The notes under the pieces were generated by a model. That model was given only the letters and a program-made list of their open reading frames with translations. It was not told the DNA's origin and ran no database searches. Made by a program: the position numbers and the translations under genes. A stretch of 63,171 bases of DNA, filler included. It is 7 parts of 7 records of this genome, joined end to end, with 100 filler letters (N's around TTAATTAATTAA, not from the genome) between each part and the next. Parts side by side here need not be neighbours in the genome. Positions count along the whole stretch, not along the records: positions 53,218 to 63,171 come from SRR31156797_58506; 6 more parts are not named here. One strand, 5' to 3'. Numbering within the stretch: position 1 is the stretch's first letter; each line of letters opens with the position of its first letter. Of the stretch, positions 59,920-63,171 are shown in pieces.

Positions 59920-60441
59920 ATGCTGCAAAATGAGAACATAATTCTTGAACCTGCTGACGAATTTAACGTTGATCTGCTGGTGATGTGGACGCTGGACCCA
60001 ACGGCCCAGGGGCCTTATAAAGAAACGCCCCAAATGGAGGTTCAAGAATTACATAATCTTATACTTCATAGCCCAGACCGTTGGTATTTTCTCATAAGGC
60101 GCTCCGCCGACGGGGAACCACTTGGCCGTTTCTACTATCGAGCCTGGCAATTCAGTCATAATCACAATTTGATTGATTGGGAGTTGAACATTTTCATCGC
60201 CCGGCCTGATGAACGTAACAGGGGTTACGGCGCGTCTGTTCAGAAACTGGCTTCGGATTATCTGCTTCAACGTCCTGAAACCTGGAGTGTATTTGCCTAT
60301 ACATATGCTGCAAACAAGGCGGAGAGACGTGCTCTGGAAAAAGCGGGATTCGTGGAAATCGGGCAACTACCGCATTCATACTACAGAACGCCGCTTCCGC
60401 CGGAGAAAGCAGCGCTGTACGTCAGGCATAGCAGCTTATAA
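59920..60441 (+). CDS. GNAT (RimJ/RimL-like) acetyltransferase
   Basis: ERNRGYG (acetyl-CoA loop), N.AERRALEKAGF. Confidence 0.82.
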   Translation: MLQNENIILEPADEFNVDLLVMWTLDPTAQGPYKETPQMEVQELHNLILHSPDRWYFLIRRSADGEPLGRFYYRAWQFSHNHNLIDWELNIFIARPDERNRGYGASVQKLASDYLLQRPETWSVFAYTYAANKAERRALEKAGFVEIGQLPHSYYRTPLPPEKAALYVRHSSL

Positions 60442-60563
60442 TTACAATCAGAATTTACCACTCCTAATTAATGATTTTTGGGCGCCCATGGGGCGCCCGG
60501 ATTATTGGAGATCGTTCTTTAGACTTACTTTAAGCCGGAGTGGAAAAATCCCGACAGCGGGCA

Positions 60564-61763
60564 TCAGGCTGTTTTTATCACCTTGTTTTCGGCCAGGGCG
60601 TTGATTTCTTCATTGGTTAAACCCAATTCGTCCAGGATTTCAGCCGTATCTGCGCCAATATCGGCGGCAGGGTCGGTTCGCAGGCCAAAATCATAGTCGC
60701 TGATACGGATGGGAAGCCGAGGCATTTTTGTTTTCAATCCACCTGGAAAAACCGTATCGAGAAGTCCGTTTTCATCCTGGTTAAGTTGAGGATCGTCGAA
60801 CAGATCTTCCGGGCGGGATACTGGCGAGAAGCATATTCCGGCCTTGTCGCAGATCTCGATCACTTCGGCCTTGGTGTAATTCCTGATCATTTTTTCCACT
60901 TCGGGCAGAAACCAGTCGCGTTGATCGATGCGTCCGTTATTGGAATTAAGCCTGTCGTCTTCCAGCCAGTCATTGCGGTCAAAAGCCTGACAAAAGCTTT
61001 TCCAGTGCTTCTCGCTTATCAGGCCGATGAATACATTTTCCTGGTCCCTGGTTTCAAATAAACGGTATACGGACCAGGCGCTGACCCGGACGGGCATGGG
61101 CGGCACGGGTTCGCCGGACAGAGCGGAACAGGCCATATGCTGCCCCATAACAAAAGCAGTGGTTTCAAAGAGCGAGCTTTTGACTTCCGCGCCTTTCCCT
61201 GTTTTTTCACGGTCGTACAAGGCAGTGATTATCCCAATGGCGCCGAACATGCCGCCGGTGATATCGATGATGGAAGTTCCCGCCCTGAGGGGTTGGCCTG
61301 GAGGTCCGGTCATATAGGCCAGTCCGCCCATCATTTGCACTACTTCATCCATGGCGACCCGTTTTTCGTATGGGCCGGGCATGAATCCTTTAAGGGAGCA
61401 ATAGACCAGTTTCGGATTTTCAGCGGAAAGAGCCTGGTATCCATATCCAAGTCTTTCCATGGTTCCGGGGCCGAAGTTTTCAATGACCACATCCGCTGTG
61501 CGGACCAATTTGTAAACAAGGTCCTTGCCCTCAGGCGCCTTGAGATCCACGGCCAGGCATTTCATATTCCTTGTAAAATATGGATAATAACCTATACCGA
61601 ATCCTTTGAGGCGTCTTGTCGGGTCGCCTTCGGGCGGTTCCAGATGGATAACTTCAGCGCCCATGTCAGCCAGGACCAGGCCGGCTGCCGGACCCATTAC
61701 CGCGTGAGTAAAGGCGAGCACCCGGATGCCTTGTAAGGGAAGTTGTTTACTATTATCGTTCAT
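60564..61763 (-). CDS. Family III CoA-transferase (CaiB/BaiF)
   Basis: PLQGIRVL, LADMGAEVI, DVVIENFGPG, GPYEKR.AMDEVVQMMGGLAYMTG. AAGGAGG RBS before ATG 61763. Confidence 0.92.
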   Translation of the reverse strand: MNDNSKQLPLQGIRVLAFTHAVMGPAAGLVLADMGAEVIHLEPPEGDPTRRLKGFGIGYYPYFTRNMKCLAVDLKAPEGKDLVYKLVRTADVVIENFGPGTMERLGYGYQALSAENPKLVYCSLKGFMPGPYEKRVAMDEVVQMMGGLAYMTGPPGQPLRAGTSIIDITGGMFGAIGIITALYDREKTGKGAEVKSSLFETTAFVMGQHMACSALSGEPVPPMPVRVSAWSVYRLFETRDQENVFIGLISEKHWKSFCQAFDRNDWLEDDRLNSNNGRIDQRDWFLPEVEKMIRNYTKAEVIEICDKAGICFSPVSRPEDLFDDPQLNQDENGLLDTVFPGGLKTKMPRLPIRISDYDFGLRTDPAADIGADTAEILDELGLTNEEINALAENKVIKTA

Positions 61764-61826
61764 TCGATGGTCCTCCTTGCCGACCATATATTCAATTATT
61801 CTTTAATTTCGGCGGATAATTGATTC

Positions 61827-62330
61827 TCACTCGGGAAAATCTCCGTATTTTTTAAGGTATGCGGCCAGACCTCCGGCTTGTAGGATAGCAATCATGCCGG
61901 CCGGCAGCGGAGCGGCCTTATGCGAAACATTTCTGGTAAGGTTTTCCATTCGCCCTTCAGCGGGATTCAGAATCAGCAGGTCTCCCGTTTCGATTCCCAA
62001 CCAGTCCGCTTCGATAACCGGCAAACCTATGTTAACGGCATTACGAAAAAATATCCGGGCGAAAGATCTTGCCGCCACAGCGGCCACGCCCACGGATTTG
62101 AGGGCCAGAGGGGCTTGTTCCCGGGATGAACCGCAGCCGAAATTTTCACCGGCGACAAGAATATCTCCGGGTTTCATTCGGCTTCTGAATTCCGGATCCA
62201 AATCTTCCAGCACGTGATCGGCCAGAATGTTCAAATCCAATGTTTTTGTATACTTGCCGGGTATTATAACGTCAGTATTTACATTATCTCCATAGACGTG
62301 AGCCTGGCCTTGCAATAAAAGAGAATCCAT
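61827..62330 (-). CDS. Isopropylmalate dehydratase/homoaconitase small subunit (LeuD-like)
   Basis: GDNVNTDVIIPGKY, GENFGCGSSREQA, SFARIFFRNAVNIGLP. Confidence 0.92.
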   Translation of the reverse strand: MDSLLLQGQAHVYGDNVNTDVIIPGKYTKTLDLNILADHVLEDLDPEFRSRMKPGDILVAGENFGCGSSREQAPLALKSVGVAAVAARSFARIFFRNAVNIGLPVIEADWLGIETGDLLILNPAEGRMENLTRNVSHKAAPLPAGMIAILQAGGLAAYLKKYGDFPE

Positions 62331-62425
62331 GTTGAATCCCTGTTTTAGGATTAAAAATCAACGGCTGTGGGCCGTGTTGCTTGAAATTGTATTATTATGG
62401 CTACTATCGCCGGTCCGTCCATGAC

Positions 62426-63171
62426 TTATCCGAGGAATTGTCTTGGGTCGGCGATGCATCCGTCCCGGGCCGAGGCCGCGACCGTAGCTGCGGAGGCCAG
62501 ATATATCGAAGCCCTTGGGTTGCCCATCCGGCCCAGAAAATTACGGTTGCCGGAGGAAATTACCACTTCGCCGTCGCCGGGGATTCCGTTGTGCGTTCCA
62601 ACACACGGTCCGCAACCGGGTGGAATAAATGTCGCTCCAGCCTCGGTCAGAGTTTGTACTGTCCCGTCTTTTACTGCCTGGAGAAAAACCAGTCTCGAGG
62701 CGGGCGCCACGACAAGCCGAACACCAGGGTGGACTTTGGCGCCCTTCAATATTCGCGCGGCAATCTGAAGGTCTTCCAGGCGCCCATTGACGCAGGTGCC
62801 GATGAAGGCGTATTGAACCGGCCTTCCGGCTTCTTCATCCACAGTCCGGGTCAGGTCCGGCGAATGGGGAAGACTGACCATGGGTTCTATTTTAGAAGCG
62901 TCAAGTATAACTGTTTCATTATAATGCGCGTCCGGATCAGGTCTATACGGTTCTTCACCGGATAAAGAAAGTCCCTCGGGGTGGACAAAGCCGGTTTTGG
63001 CCCCGGCCTCAATAGCCATATTGGCCATGGTCATCCGGTCGGCCAGACCCAGGTCAGCAACAGCCGCCCCGCTGATTTCCAGGGACCTATAAGTGGCGCC
63101 GGCTATTCCGATCCGCCCGAGTAGGTTCAGAATAATATCTTTTCCCTGAACTCCGGCTTGAACCCGGCCGT
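62426..63171 (-). CDS. Isopropylmalate dehydratase/homoaconitase large subunit (LeuC-like, 5' end outside the window)
   Basis: MANMAIEAGAK, FIGTCVNGR, PGCGPCVG, NRNFLGRMG, YLAS. Confidence 0.92.
   Translation of the reverse strand, partial: GRVQAGVQGKDIILNLLGRIGIAGATYRSLEISGAAVADLGLADRMTMANMAIEAGAKTGFVHPEGLSLSGEEPYRPDPDAHYNETVILDASKIEPMVSLPHSPDLTRTVDEEAGRPVQYAFIGTCVNGRLEDLQIAARILKGAKVHPGVRLVVAPASRLVFLQAVKDGTVQTLTEAGATFIPPGCGPCVGTHNGIPGDGEVVISSGNRNFLGRMGNPRASIYLASAATVAASARDGCIADPRQFLG

Noticed and set aside
1-63171. CRISPR arrays, tRNA/rRNA genes, reverse transcriptases, recognisable defence systems
   Set aside because: None seen by eye. The only mobile-element trace is the IS66 fragment.

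Overview
This window is not one locus. It is seven unrelated contig fragments joined by identical 100-nt artificial linkers (44 N + TTAATTAATTAA + 44 N) at 8840, 18114, 25894, 33324, 46658 and 53118. Taxonomic labels below are impressions from gene content and base composition only. (1) 1-8839, Desulfobacterota-like: lipase, glycerophosphodiester phosphodiesterase, alkaline phosphatase and YibE/F cluster, a fragmented sensor gene, a rhodanese-YceI fusion. (2) 8940-18113, Planctomycetota-like: rpsA, lpxK, hypotheticals, a duplicated beta-helix protein. (3) 18214-25893, high-GC Planctomycetota-like: GH3 glycosidase, a DUF6057-like/TolB-like pair, nucleoside hydrolase. (4) 25994-33323, Desulfobacterota-like: class I fumarase, family III CoA-transferase, YgiQ, large GAF protein, typA. 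(5) 33424-46657, Desulfobacterota-like: hflK-hflC-hflK, Tat-exported MBL-rhodanese, MarR, transglutaminase/AAA+/VWA cluster, flavodoxin, many gene remnants. (6) 46758-53117, Bacteroidota-like: peptidases, yciH, rplS. (7) 53218-63171, Deltaproteobacteria-like: acyl-CoA dehydrogenase, type II toxin-antitoxin pair, diguanylate cyclase, beta-helix protein, CoA-transferase, LeuCD-like genes. The best novelty candidate is missing from the ORF track: a 25-aa leader peptide with 8 Phe codons (27101-27178), with a complete set of alternative attenuator hairpins and a terminator, in front of a family III CoA-transferase. This predicts induction by Phe starvation and so a biosynthetic or salvage role for the enzyme. 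Second is an unclassified riboswitch-like leader before the alkaline phosphatase-YibE/F operon. No rRNA, tRNA or CRISPR array was seen. All family calls come from reading motifs by eye; no searches were run.
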